Translations under genes and position numbers: made by a program | Part shown: piece by piece, positions 36,940-47,875 of the stretch | Numbering within the stretch: position 1 is the stretch's first letter | How the letters are laid out: every line of letters starts with the position of its first letter | The notes under the pieces: generated by a model | Databases searched by the model: none | Told to the model about the DNA's origin: nothing | Seen by the model: only the letters and a program-made list of their open reading frames with translations | Assembly (NCBI GenBank): GCA_019348355.1 | Contig: JAHWJP010000001.1 | Location: forward strand, 12,752-76,751 | DNA length: 64,000 nucleotides | Source: Actinomycetota bacterium | GTDB taxonomy: Bacteria > Actinomycetota > Actinomycetes > Mycobacteriales > SCTD01 | Reading direction: 5' to 3'

Positions 36940-37363
36940 CGAGCAGCTTTTCGCAGGCGTCGCTGACGAGGTCCAGCACCAGGTCGAACCCGTCCGTACC
37001 GAAGTAGGGATCGGGGACGTCGCGGTCGGCGAGCAGCCGGACCTTGTGCTCGGTTCCCTGCGGCGCGACGCGCAGCAGGTCGCGCACGTTCTGGGCGTCG
37101 GCGGCGAGCAGCAGGTCGAACTGCTCGAAGTCGCTCGGCGTGACCTGGCGCGCGGCGCCGGTCAGCGTCAGGCTGCGACGGGTCGCCGCCTCGCACGAGC
37201 GCGGGTCGGGCGCGGCGCCGGCATGCCAGCCACCGGTGCCGGCGCTGTCGACCTCGACCCGGTCCTCGAGGCCACGCTCGGCGATCAGCGCGCGCATGAC
37301 GGCTTCAGCCGTCGGGGAGCGGCAGATGTTGCCCAGGCAGACGAACAGCAGGCGGGTCGGCAC
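36914..37363 (-). CDS. low-molecular-weight protein-tyrosine phosphatase
   Basis: LLFVCLGNICRSP (the C-X5-R-S P-loop) and DPYFG. GTG 37363. The upstream part of the track ORF was rejected. Confidence 0.9.
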   Translation of the reverse strand: MPTRLLFVCLGNICRSPTAEAVMRALIAERGLEDRVEVDSAGTGGWHAGAAPDPRSCEAATRRSLTLTGAARQVTPSDFEQFDLLLAADAQNVRDLLRVAPQGTEHKVRLLADRDVPDPYFGTDGFDLVLDLVSDACEKLLDELDVRQG

Positions 37364-37392
37364 GCCTCCATCATGGCCCGGCGCCGGTCCCC

Positions 37393-37450
37393 CTTGCGGT
37401 GACCTGCTGGGCCGACACGCTCGGCGTGTCGGCATGCACGTCACCGCAAG
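37393..37450 (-). terminator. two-tier GC-rich hairpin 3' of the helicase gene
   Basis: Outer arms CTTGCGGTGAC/GTCACCGCAAG (11 bp). Inner arms GCCGACACGC/GCGTGTCGGC (10 bp, 3-nt loop). It starts 23 nt after the stop at 37473. There is no U tract. Confidence 0.5.
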
Positions 37451-37472
37451 AGCCCCGGGGGGCGCGACCCGC

Positions 37473-38972
37473 CTAGGCGCTGCGGGCCGCCCGCGGGTTG
37501 CGCCCAGCGTAGGTCGACGAACCGCTGGTCGGCCGGCCACCGGAAGCACCCGGGCGCCGGCTGGGACGGCGGTCTCCCTGCGGACGCGGGACGTACGGCG
37601 CCCGCGGGGCCACGACGATCGGCTCCCCCGACTCGGCGAGCTCACGGACCGCGGGGTGTCCGGTGACGACGCTGATGGCGCTGGCCTCGACGCCGGCGCG
37701 CTCGCGCAGTCGCTGGTGCTCGCGCACCTGATCGCTGGTGATGAACGACAGCACCGTGCCGCTCGCGCCGGCGCGCGCGGTGCGGCCGGAGCGGTGCAGG
37801 TAGTCCTTGTGGTCGGCCGGCGGGTCGTAGTGCACGACGAGGTCGACGTCGTCGACGTGGATGCCACGGGCCGCGACATCGGTGGCGACGAGGACCCGGG
37901 CGTGGCCGGTCGTGAAGTTCTCCAGGGCGCGCTTGCGGGCATTCTGGGTGAGATTTCCGTGGATGGCCCCCGCCTCCACGCCGACCTTACGCAGCTGCAG
38001 GGCGAGCCGGTCGGCGCCGTGCTTGGTGCGGACGAAGATCAGCGTCCGGCCGGGTCGGGCGGCGATCTCGGCGGTGATGTCGGCCTTGGCGGCGTGCTGC
38101 ACCGCGTAGACCCGGTGGTCCATCGTCGTGATCGTCGAGTCGGCGCTCGCGACCGCGTGGACAGCCGGGTCCTTGAGGTAGGACCGGACCAGCTTGTCGA
38201 CGCCGCGGTCCAGGGTCGCCGAGAACAGCAGCCGCTGGGCGTCCGGCGGCGTCATGTCCAGCAGCGCGGTGACGGCCGGCATGAAGCCCAGGTCGGCCAT
38301 GTGGTCGGCTTCGTCGAGCACGGTGATCGAGACGCCGGCCAGGGTGCACTCGCGCTGCTCGATGAGGTCCTGCAGCCGGCCCGGGGTGGCGACGACGACG
38401 TCGATCCCGCGGCGCAGCTGGTCGATCTGGCGGCTCATCGAGGCGCCGCCGTAGACCGCGTTGACCTTGAGGTCGAGGGCCTGCGCCAGCGGCGCGAGAG
38501 CGTCGTGCACCTGCTGCGCCAGCTCACGGGTCGGGACGAGGACCAGGCCCCGCGGCGCGCCGTTGACGCGCTGCCCCCCGACGAGCCGGGTGAGCATCGG
38601 CAAGCCGAACGCCAGAGTCTTGCCCGAGCCGGTGGCACCGCGACCGAGCACGTCCCGGCCGGTCAGCGCGTCTGGGATGGAGCGGGTCTGGATGGCGAAC
38701 GGGGCGTGCAGATCCCGCCGGGCGAGAGCGCCGACGAGCTTGTTGGGCAGGCCGAGCGAGGCAAAAGTTGCGCTCGGGGAGCCGGTTTCGGCGGCGGCCG
38801 CGTCGGCGGCCGCGTCGAGGGCCAGCTCGAGGTCGGACCGGACCGGCGGGGAGGCTGGGCGGGTCGAGCCCGACGGGCGGCGGGACTGGCCGCGGTAGCC
38901 AGAGCTGCGACCGGATGCGGACGAGCCTCGGGACGGGGAGGAGGGGCGAAAGGACGTGGGACGGCCTGACAT
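37473..38972 (-). CDS. DEAD-box ATP-dependent RNA helicase
   Basis: Q motif, ATGSGKT, DEAD (VLDEADHM), SAT, and HRSGRTARAG. Basic Ser/Arg/Gly-rich termini. Start at ATG 38972. Confidence 0.9.
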   Translation of the reverse strand: MSGRPTSFRPSSPSRGSSASGRSSGYRGQSRRPSGSTRPASPPVRSDLELALDAAADAAAAETGSPSATFASLGLPNKLVGALARRDLHAPFAIQTRSIPDALTGRDVLGRGATGSGKTLAFGLPMLTRLVGGQRVNGAPRGLVLVPTRELAQQVHDALAPLAQALDLKVNAVYGGASMSRQIDQLRRGIDVVVATPGRLQDLIEQRECTLAGVSITVLDEADHMADLGFMPAVTALLDMTPPDAQRLLFSATLDRGVDKLVRSYLKDPAVHAVASADSTITTMDHRVYAVQHAAKADITAEIAARPGRTLIFVRTKHGADRLALQLRKVGVEAGAIHGNLTQNARKRALENFTTGHARVLVATDVAARGIHVDDVDLVVHYDPPADHKDYLHRSGRTARAGASGTVLSFITSDQVREHQRLRERAGVEASAISVVTGHPAVRELAESGEPIVVAPRAPYVPRPQGDRRPSRRPGASGGRPTSGSSTYAGRNPRAARSA

Positions 38973-39195
38973 GAAGAGGAACAACTCCGTTGCTGTGTCT
39001 CGTAGGCCGCGGACATGCATGCGGCGGCGCTCCCGCGAGCGGGAGGAAGCACGACACACGATGCGACCAGCGGGCGGCTTGCCCGCGAAGTGACGGCCGG
39101 ATCGTTGTGACCAGAACGTCTGAGTACGCCCCACTCTACGCGGTCGACTGCATCGGCGGGTCGCACGAGCTTGTGGCGTGTGCCACCTGAGCCCT

Positions 39196-39201
39196 TAGGC
39201 T
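39196..39201 (+). promoter_or_regulatory. putative -10 hexamer (TAGGCT) of a leaderless transcript
   Basis: TANNNT hexamer 6 nt upstream of ATG 39208. Confidence 0.4.
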
Positions 39202-39207
39202 CCGGGC

Positions 39208-39687
39208 ATGACCGAGCCCGGACAGCCCCCTCCCTGGAACCAGCCGCCGCCGTACGGCTCGCCTCCCCCGCCCTACGGCGTGCCGCCGCAGGGCTATGGC
39301 GTGGAGGGTTACGGGACGCCGCCGCAGGGGTACGGCCCGCCGCCGCAGGGCTACGGGCCGCCACCGGGGCAGAACGAGGACCCGGTCTGGGCGATCCTCG
39401 CGCACCTGTCGATCTTCGTCTTCGCCCTGCTCGGCCCGCTCATCATCTACCTGATCTACAGGGACAGCTCGCCGCTCACCCGGCACCACGCAGCCGAGGC
39501 GCTGAACTTCCACATCACCCTGACCATCGCCACGATCGTGTCGATCCCGCTCGTCTTCTTGTTCATCGGCATCCCGTTGGTCTTCGCCATCATCATCGGC
39601 GGCATCGTGTTCGGGATCATCGCCGCCGTGGCGGCGAGCCGGCGCGAGCCCTACCGCTACCCGTTGACCATCCGCTTCGTGTCGTAG
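39208..39687 (+). CDS. DUF4870-like membrane protein with PPQGYG-repeat N-terminus
   Basis: Pro/Gly/Tyr-rich N-terminus, then WAILAHLSIFV...HHAAEALNFHITL and TM helices. Confidence 0.75.
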   Translation: MTEPGQPPPWNQPPPYGSPPPPYGVPPQGYGVEGYGTPPQGYGPPPQGYGPPPGQNEDPVWAILAHLSIFVFALLGPLIIYLIYRDSSPLTRHHAAEALNFHITLTIATIVSIPLVFLFIGIPLVFAIIIGGIVFGIIAAVAASRREPYRYPLTIRFVS

Positions 39688-39690
39688 CGG

Positions 39691-40131
39691 TCAGCGCACC
39701 AGCTCGCTGGGGACGAGCCTCACCGGGTAGGGCCGCTCCGTGTCGTACGACTCGTCGCCGGTGACCACGGCGGTCTCGGCGTAGGCACCGTCGCGCAGCT
39801 CGAGCACCGTCACCGACGGCGTCAACGGGTCGACCAGCCAGAACGACGGGACGCCACCCTGCTCGAAGACGTGATGCTTGAGCGTGCGGTCGGTGGCCCT
39901 CGTGCTCGGGGACAGGATCTCGACGACGAGGAACGGACGACGATCCGGCAGGCTGCGGTCCTTGGGCAGCACGACGAGATCCGGCTGGAGCTGCCGCCGC
40001 GGGCTGAAGCGGACGTCGAACGGCGCGACCAGCTCGTAGCGCAGGCCGTCATCGGGGAAGGCGTCCAAATCGTCCGCTGTCCAGCCACCCTCGGGTGCGG
40101 TCAGGAATGAGGTCACGGTCACAGCTGTCAT
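39691..40131 (-). CDS. Uma2 (DUF820) family PD-(D/E)xK endonuclease, short variant
   Basis: GLRYEL..., QPDLVVL, FLVVEILSPSTRATDRTLKHHVFEQGGVPSFWLVDP. About 30 aa shorter than the paralog at 43504-44034. Confidence 0.75.
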   Translation of the reverse strand: MTAVTVTSFLTAPEGGWTADDLDAFPDDGLRYELVAPFDVRFSPRRQLQPDLVVLPKDRSLPDRRPFLVVEILSPSTRATDRTLKHHVFEQGGVPSFWLVDPLTPSVTVLELRDGAYAETAVVTGDESYDTERPYPVRLVPSELVR

Positions 40132-40245
40132 GGTGCTCCTCCGGCTCGGTCATGTCGACCAGCGTGCCGCTGCATTCGACTGCGAGGCACCTCGAGTGTC
40201 CTCGCCGTGGACGGGCGAGCCAGCCTGTGGACGGCGCCGTGCGAC

Positions 40246-41448
40246 TCAGTCCACGAGGTCGCGCACGACCGCGTCGGCGAGCAGCCGCCCGCGCAGCGTC
40301 AGCACGGCCCGGCCGGCCGCATGTGCTTCCGGCTCGAGCAGCCCACCCTCGACGTGGCGGACTGCGGCGGCCAGCCCAGCGGCGTGCAGGAGCCTCAGCG
40401 GCAGCCCGTCGCGCAGCCGCACCTCCAGCAGGATCCGTTCGACGCGGCGATCCTCGGCGCCCAGCTGCTCACGGCCCGCACCCGGCGAGTGCCCGGCGGC
40501 GAGCCGGTCGGCGTAGGCCTGCGGATGCCGCACGTTCCACCAGCGCATCCCGCCGACGTGGCTGTGCGCCCCCGGGCCGACTCCCCACCAGTCGGCTCCG
40601 CGCCAGTAGCCCAGGTTGTGCCGGCAGGGTTCGCCCCAGTTGCTCACCTCGTACCAGCCAAGATCTGAAAGCGCCTGTTCGGCAAGCAGATACCGGTCCG
40701 CGAGCACGTCGTCATCCGGTGCGGGGAGCAGTCCGCGCGCGACCTGCCGGCCCAGCCGGGTGCCGTCCTCGACGATCAGAGAGTACGCGGACACGTGCGT
40801 CGGGCCTGTGATCAGCGCGGCCTCGAGCGAGGCGCGCCAATCGTCGTCGCTCTCGCCGGGGGCGCCGTAGATGAGGTCCAGGCTGACCTGCTCGAAGCCG
40901 GCCGAGAACGCCTCCTTCGCCGCCTGCTGCGGGCGGCCGGCGGTGTGCGTGCGGTCCAGGACCCGCAGCACGGAGGGCACCGCGGACTGCATGCCGAACG
41001 ACACCCGGGTGAAGCCGGCCTGCCGCAGCTCGGCGAGGCAGCGCTCGTCCACCGAGTCGGGGTTGGCCTCGGTCGTCACCTCGGCCTCCGGAGCCAGGCC
41101 GAACTCGGCCCGCACCGCCGACAGCAGCCGGGCGAGATCCGCGGCCGGCAGCAGGGTGGGCGTCCCCCCACCGACGAACACCGTGTCGACCTGCGGGCAG
41201 GCCTGTCCCAGCACCGACCGGGCGAAGCGCAGCTCGGCGAGCGCCATGTCGGCGTATCCCGCCTGCAGCGCGCCTCCACCGAGCTCGGCCCCGAGATAGG
41301 TGTTGAAGTCGCAGTAGCCGCAGCGGGTGGCGCAGAAGGGCACGTGCAGGTAGAGGCCGAACGGGCGCTTCCCGAGTCCGTCCAGCGCGACGGTCGGCAA
41401 GGCGCCGGAGGTCGGCACGGCTTCGCCATCGGGTAGGGCGCTGGGCAC
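40246..41448 (-). CDS. hemW: radical SAM heme chaperone HemW (HemN-like)
   Basis: LYLHVPFCATRCGYCDFNTY (CxxxCxxC) plus the HemN C-terminal domain. The start is uncertain (GTG 41448 chosen). The track start overlaps the upstream peptidase gene. Confidence 0.88.
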   Translation of the reverse strand: MPSALPDGEAVPTSGALPTVALDGLGKRPFGLYLHVPFCATRCGYCDFNTYLGAELGGGALQAGYADMALAELRFARSVLGQACPQVDTVFVGGGTPTLLPAADLARLLSAVRAEFGLAPEAEVTTEANPDSVDERCLAELRQAGFTRVSFGMQSAVPSVLRVLDRTHTAGRPQQAAKEAFSAGFEQVSLDLIYGAPGESDDDWRASLEAALITGPTHVSAYSLIVEDGTRLGRQVARGLLPAPDDDVLADRYLLAEQALSDLGWYEVSNWGEPCRHNLGYWRGADWWGVGPGAHSHVGGMRWWNVRHPQAYADRLAAGHSPGAGREQLGAEDRRVERILLEVRLRDGLPLRLLHAAGLAAAVRHVEGGLLEPEAHAAGRAVLTLRGRLLADAVVRDLVD

Positions 41449-41473
41449 CGGCCCAGTCTGCGCTACGCAGGCA

Positions 41474-43489
41474 CTACCGCAGCAGCTCTGGCACCTCCCA
41501 CTCCTGGTCCAGGACATGCACGGCCAGGAACGCCAGCACCGTCTCGTACCAGATCTTGGCGTGCTGCGGCATCAGGACCCAGTGGTTCTCGTTCGGGAAG
41601 TACAGGAACCGGTGCGGCATCGTCTCGGGGTCCTCGGCGCGCGCACACAGCTCCCACCAGAGCCGCAGTCCCTCGCCGATCGGCACCCGGTAGTCCTTGT
41701 CGCCGTGGATGACCAGCATCGGCGAGCGGATCTCGTCGGCGTACCGGCTCGGGCTGTGCTCCCGCGACATCTGCGCGGTCATCTCCCGGGTCCAGTAGTA
41801 GGCCGCGTCGGTCGTCGGCCCGAACTGCTCGAGGTCCCACAGGCTCGCGTGCGTGACGACGGCGCGGAAGCGGTCGGTGTGACCGGCGATCCAGTTGGCC
41901 ATGTAGCCGCCGAAGCTGCCGCCCATCGCCGCCGTACGTCCGACATCGACGGCCGGGTGCTCGAGCGCGGCGTCGGTCAGGGCCAGCAGATCGGTGTACG
42001 GCGCGTCGCCCCACGCGCCCCATCCGCGGGTGACCATCGCTCGGCCGTAGCCGGTCGACAGCGCCGGGTCGGGCAGCAGCACGGCGTAGCCGCGGGCCGC
42101 CATCAGCCACGGGTTCCACCGCCACGACCAGCCGTTCCACGAGCCGAGCGGACCGCCGTGCACCCACAACAGCAGCGGATGCGGACCGTCGCCGCCGGGC
42201 AACGCGAGCCAGGCCCGCAGGGCCGTGCCGTCCCCGGCGGTCGTCGTGACCTCGGTCAGACTGCCCGGCGGCGAAGGCGCGGTCGGAGGTCCGGGCAGCG
42301 CCGTCGGCTGCTGGTCCTCGGTCCGTGCATCCAGGCGTACGGGGGCGGCCGCCGCATCGACCGCGTCCCGCAGCGCGTAGACGCTCTCGCCGTCGGGGGC
42401 GACGCACAGGTCGGTGTAATGGCCGGCGTCACCGGTCAACCGGGTCACCGCGCCGGTCGCGAGCTCGACCCGGAACACCGGGCGGCGTCCCTGCTCGTCG
42501 GCCGTGACGATCAGCGCCGCGCCGTCGGACGTCCACCGGTGTCCCGAGGGCCAGCGGTCCCAGTGCGGCGCGACCTCGCGCGGCTCGGCCGATCCGTCGA
42601 GCGGCAGGACGATCAGGCGCATGTCGACCGGCTCGGCCGGAGTGCTGCGTCGCTCGAGCAGGCAAGCGAGCTGCGTGCCGTCCGGCGAGATGCGCGGGGA
42701 GTCCCAGTCGCTGCTTCCGTCGTCGGCGAGCACGCGCCGCTCCCCGGTGGAGGTGTCGAGGGCGACGAGCGTGGTGCGCCGTGAGCCGTGCGGCTCGGCG
42801 ACGGCCCAGGTGGTGACCGCCGTCCTGCCGTCCGGGGTCAGATCCATCTGCCCGCCGTGCAGTGCCCGGCCGGGCGCCGGGGTGAGATCGCGCCACTCGA
42901 CAGCGTCGTCCTCCGGCGGTTCGGTCACCAGCAGCCGCGCCTGCCCAACGCCGAGGTCCTTGTCCCAGTAGCGGACCGGGTAGCCCGCGTGCAAGACCGC
43001 GTCGACCTTCCTGTCCTTTCGGGCTTTTCGCCTATCCTCATCGCTGGACGTGTCGGTCGAGGCAGGCAGCGTGTCGGACAGTACGGCCACCGTGCCGGCC
43101 TCGCGGGCCACGATGACCGCGCCGATCCCGCCCGGGCGGGTGCCGACGACGCGCGCCTCCCCGGTGACCGGCAGCAGCCACAGGGCGGTCGGCGTCTCGT
43201 CTTCGTCATCGTCGCCGGAGGGGTCCGGGCGGGCGGAGGTGAACAGCACCTCACCGGCCGGAGTGAACACGGCACCGCCCTCGCCCTTGGCGCTGCGGGT
43301 CAGCCGTCGGGCCGGCCGCACTCCGGTCGGGTCGACCTCCCAGATCGCGCTGACGTAGCGGGTGCTCTTGGCGTTCAGCGTGGCGACGGTCGTGACGAGC
43401 CGGGTGCCGTCGTGACTCAGCGCCAGACCGGAGATGCGGGGCAGGGCGAGGTAGGCGTCGAGGTCGTCATAGGGGTCGGGATCAAGCAT
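41474..43489 (-). CDS. S9 family (prolyl oligopeptidase / acylaminoacyl) serine peptidase
   Basis: N-terminal beta-propeller region. C-terminal alpha/beta hydrolase with GGSFGGYM nucleophile elbow, then ...HGDKDYRVP and ...NENHW. Confidence 0.9.
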   Translation of the reverse strand: MLDPDPYDDLDAYLALPRISGLALSHDGTRLVTTVATLNAKSTRYVSAIWEVDPTGVRPARRLTRSAKGEGGAVFTPAGEVLFTSARPDPSGDDDEDETPTALWLLPVTGEARVVGTRPGGIGAVIVAREAGTVAVLSDTLPASTDTSSDEDRRKARKDRKVDAVLHAGYPVRYWDKDLGVGQARLLVTEPPEDDAVEWRDLTPAPGRALHGGQMDLTPDGRTAVTTWAVAEPHGSRRTTLVALDTSTGERRVLADDGSSDWDSPRISPDGTQLACLLERRSTPAEPVDMRLIVLPLDGSAEPREVAPHWDRWPSGHRWTSDGAALIVTADEQGRRPVFRVELATGAVTRLTGDAGHYTDLCVAPDGESVYALRDAVDAAAAPVRLDARTEDQQPTALPGPPTAPSPPGSLTEVTTTAGDGTALRAWLALPGGDGPHPLLLWVHGGPLGSWNGWSWRWNPWLMAARGYAVLLPDPALSTGYGRAMVTRGWGAWGDAPYTDLLALTDAALEHPAVDVGRTAAMGGSFGGYMANWIAGHTDRFRAVVTHASLWDLEQFGPTTDAAYYWTREMTAQMSREHSPSRYADEIRSPMLVIHGDKDYRVPIGEGLRLWWELCARAEDPETMPHRFLYFPNENHWVLMPQHAKIWYETVLAFLAVHVLDQEWEVPELLR

Positions 43490-43503
43490 GAGAGCCTGCC
43501 ACC

Positions 43504-44034
43504 TCAGCGTTGCAGTCGGACCGTGACCTCGAAGGGAACGGTCACCGTCAGCGGCTCAGACCCGGCGACGCGCTCGGTCTCGACGTACAAGCCGTCGGTC
43601 AGCGTCAGGACGGTGAGCGACGGCTCGACGGGGTCGACGAGCCAGTACGACGGGACGCCCGCCTCGGCGTAGATGCTCCACTTGCCGGTCACGTCGCGCC
43701 GACGGGTGCTGCGCGACAGGACCTCGACGACCAGCAAAGGCGCGACGGTCGTACCCCGCTCCTCGCAGTCGGCGGTGCGGGCGACCGTGACGTCGGCCAT
43801 CACGAACGACGTGTCGTCGTAGTAATAGCCAAAGTTGGAGCCGAGCACCTCCACACCTTCTGGCGCGGCGTTCCAGAGCTGGGCCGCAATCGCGATGTCC
43901 AGGCGTTCGTGACCGAAGGTGGCAGGCGGAGTCACGACGACGCACCCGTCGAGCACCTCGTAGCGCAGGCCGTTCTCGTCGAGGAAAGCCAACAGCTCGG
44001 GAAAGACCTGCGCCTCATGCGGCGTCGCCGTCAT
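43504..44034 (-). CDS. Uma2 (DUF820) family PD-(D/E)xK endonuclease
   Basis: LRYEVLDGCVVVTPPATFGHERL..., LLVVEVLSRSTRRRDVTGKWSIYAEAGVPSYWLVDP. GAGGAG upstream of the ATG. Confidence 0.8.
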   Translation of the reverse strand: MTATPHEAQVFPELLAFLDENGLRYEVLDGCVVVTPPATFGHERLDIAIAAQLWNAAPEGVEVLGSNFGYYYDDTSFVMADVTVARTADCEERGTTVAPLLVVEVLSRSTRRRDVTGKWSIYAEAGVPSYWLVDPVEPSLTVLTLTDGLYVETERVAGSEPLTVTVPFEVTVRLQR

Positions 44035-44100
44035 CTGCTGCTCCTCTCATGGCGCGAGACGCTGCCACGATCCACGCGACACTCCCGGTTGTCCACAGCG

Positions 44101-45921
<1,821 letters not shown>

Positions 45922-45926
45922 GTTCC

Positions 45927-45932
45927 ATCCTA
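45927..45932 (-). promoter_or_regulatory. putative -10 hexamer (TAGGAT) upstream of lepA
   Basis: TANNNT hexamer 5 nt upstream of GTG 45921. Confidence 0.3.
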
Positions 45933-46080
45933 CGGTCGGATCCGGCGCTCCCTCGTGGGCGCGCGCCGGCCTGACCCGCCCTGCTACCGTCTCCGCGAAC
46001 GCGCGCCGCGTTGTCGGCTGCCGTACGCCTGCAGGATCCGCCCCTGATCAGCATCTACCGAGAACCGAGGACGACGCCGC

Positions 46081-46356
46081 GTGGCCAACATTCAGTCGCA
46101 GATCAAGCGCATCAAGACCAACGAGAAGGCTCGGCTGCGCAACAAGTCGGTCAAGTCCTCGCTCAAGACGGCGATCCGCAAGTTCCGCGAGGCCGCTGAC
46201 GCCGGTGATGCGGCGGCCGCTTCGACGCTGGCACGCGACGCCGGGCGGGCGCTCGACAAGGCGGCCAGCAAGGGCGTCATCCACGCCAACCAGGCTGCGA
46301 ACCGCAAGTCGGCGCTCGCCAGGCGGGTCGAGCAGTTGAGCGCAAGCGCCTCCTAG
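46081..46356 (+). CDS. rpsT: 30S ribosomal protein S20
   Basis: [35 protein letters not shown]... with a GTG start. Confidence 0.95.
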   Translation: MANIQSQIKRIKTNEKARLRNKSVKSSLKTAIRKFREAADAGDAAAASTLARDAGRALDKAASKGVIHANQAANRKSALARRVEQLSASAS

Positions 46357-46883
46357 GTCCGTCCAGCCCGACGGCGCCGGTTCCCTTTCGAGGCCGGCGC
46401 TTTCTGCTTCCCGGCACGGGCCGGCTCGTCCGGGCGGACCCGCGGCGGCTTCAGCAGGAGCCCGGCAAGGGCGTCGTTGGCCTTGACCACGCCGGCCACC
46501 GCCAGCGGCAGCACCAGCAGCGTCCAGGCCGACGCGAGATCGGCGAGCACCAGCAAAATGGCCACGGCGATGACGCCCTCGCCGAGCAGCGCTCGCTGGA
46601 GAGCGTTGGGCGCGATGTGGCGCAGCCGGAGCAGCCGGATGTAGAGCGGCCGCTTCTTGGTGGCCTCCGGCGCGGCGCGGCCGGGCGCCTCCCGGCCGGC
46701 GGGCACTGCCCGGCCCGCGGGGGCCTGTCGGCGTGCGGGGACGGTCCTGCCGCCTGGCCACCTCCCGACAAGATCATCAGGAGCCTGCCGCGCAACACGC
46801 TGGGCGGGTCCGGCGGCGATCGTCTGATGATCTTCGAGTCTGGTCGGCTGGTCGGCCTCGCGGCGTCGGCTGGGCGAGGTCAC
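46353..46883 (-). CDS. hypothetical protein, Arg/Pro-rich N-terminus plus two TM helices
   Basis: GTG 46883 overlaps the holA stop (GTGA). Hydrophobic core [35 protein letters not shown]. The 3' end overlaps the rpsT stop and terminator, so its extent is uncertain. Confidence 0.45.
   Translation of the reverse strand: MTSPSRRREADQPTRLEDHQTIAAGPAQRVARQAPDDLVGRWPGGRTVPARRQAPAGRAVPAGREAPGRAAPEATKKRPLYIRLLRLRHIAPNALQRALLGEGVIAVAILLVLADLASAWTLLVLPLAVAGVVKANDALAGLLLKPPRVRPDEPARAGKQKAPASKGNRRRRAGRT
46374..46409 (+). terminator. putative intrinsic terminator of rpsT
   Basis: GCGCCGG-N13-CCGGCGC followed by TTTCTGCTT, beginning 18 nt after the rpsT stop. Confidence 0.5.
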
Positions 46884-47848
46884 CGGCTCGCTCCGCGCGC
46901 CTGGACGACCGCGAGCAGGACGCGCTCCACGGCGTAGGCCGAGTCGGCGGCCCCACCCTTCACGCCGGCGTCCGCGAGGGCGACCGCCGACAGCGCATCG
47001 GACAACCCCTCGGGGCGCCACCCACGTGCCTGCTTCTGGGTCTTCTCGACCTTCCACGTCGGCATGCCGAGCTCTCCGGCGATCACCGGAACCGAGGCCC
47101 GCCCAGCACTCGCGACCAGAGCCATGGAGCGCAGAGTACTGGCGAGGGCGCTCGTGACGAGGACCGGTGCGAGGCCGGCGCTCTGGCCCCAGCGGGCGAG
47201 CTCGAGCGCGCCGCCGAGGTCGCCCTCGACGGCCCGGTCTGCAACGTGGAATCCCGAGGACTCTGCCCGGCCCCGGTGATAGCGGGTCACCGCCTCCGCC
47301 GTGATCGGGCCGTCGGTGTCCGAGCGCAGCTGCCCGGCCGCCGACACCAACTCGCGCAGGTCACTGCCGACGGCCTCCAGCAGCAGCCCGACGGCGTCCT
47401 CGTCGACCGCCCGACCGTCCGCGCGCAGCTCCCGGCGCAGGAAGTCCCGCCTCTCCCCGTACCTGGTGATCTTCGGCGCATCGATCCGGTGTGGGCGAAG
47501 CGCCGCCAGCGCGCTCAGCAGCGCCTTGCCCTTGGCTCCGCCGGCGTGGACGACGACGACATGGACGTCGTCCAGCGGCGCCGCGGCGTAGGCGAGCAGT
47601 TCAGCGGCCACCTCCTTGGGCAGATCCTGGGCGGTACGGATCACCAGCACCCGGCGCTCGCCGAACAGTGAGGGGCTGAGCATCTCGTCGAGGTCGCCGG
47701 TCTGCAGGTCGGCGGCGGCGACGTCGCGCAGCTCGGTGTCGGGGTCGGCGTCGCGGGCGGCCCGCACGACCGCCGACACTGCCCGGCTCAGCAGCAGCTC
47801 CTCGTCCCCGACGACCAGCGTCAGCGGGACGAGGGGGGAGGCAGTCAC
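46880..47848 (-). CDS. holA: DNA polymerase III subunit delta
   Basis: 322 aa. LVVGDEELLLSRAV...SPSLFGERRVLVIR... Conserved position between comEC and rpsT. Confidence 0.88.
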   Translation of the reverse strand: MTASPLVPLTLVVGDEELLLSRAVSAVVRAARDADPDTELRDVAAADLQTGDLDEMLSPSLFGERRVLVIRTAQDLPKEVAAELLAYAAAPLDDVHVVVVHAGGAKGKALLSALAALRPHRIDAPKITRYGERRDFLRRELRADGRAVDEDAVGLLLEAVGSDLRELVSAAGQLRSDTDGPITAEAVTRYHRGRAESSGFHVADRAVEGDLGGALELARWGQSAGLAPVLVTSALASTLRSMALVASAGRASVPVIAGELGMPTWKVEKTQKQARGWRPEGLSDALSAVALADAGVKGGAADSAYAVERVLLAVVQARGASR

Positions 47849-47875
47849 CGGCCCATCCTGGCATGCAGACGGTGA

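Noticed and set aside
44089-44097. Perfect actinobacterial DnaA-box 9-mers TTGTCCACA (also at 20498-20506), plus several GATCCAC-type near matches
   Set aside because: Isolated 9-12-mers recur by chance at this window size. There is no cluster, no AT-rich unwinding region and no dnaA/dnaN nearby, so this is not an origin.
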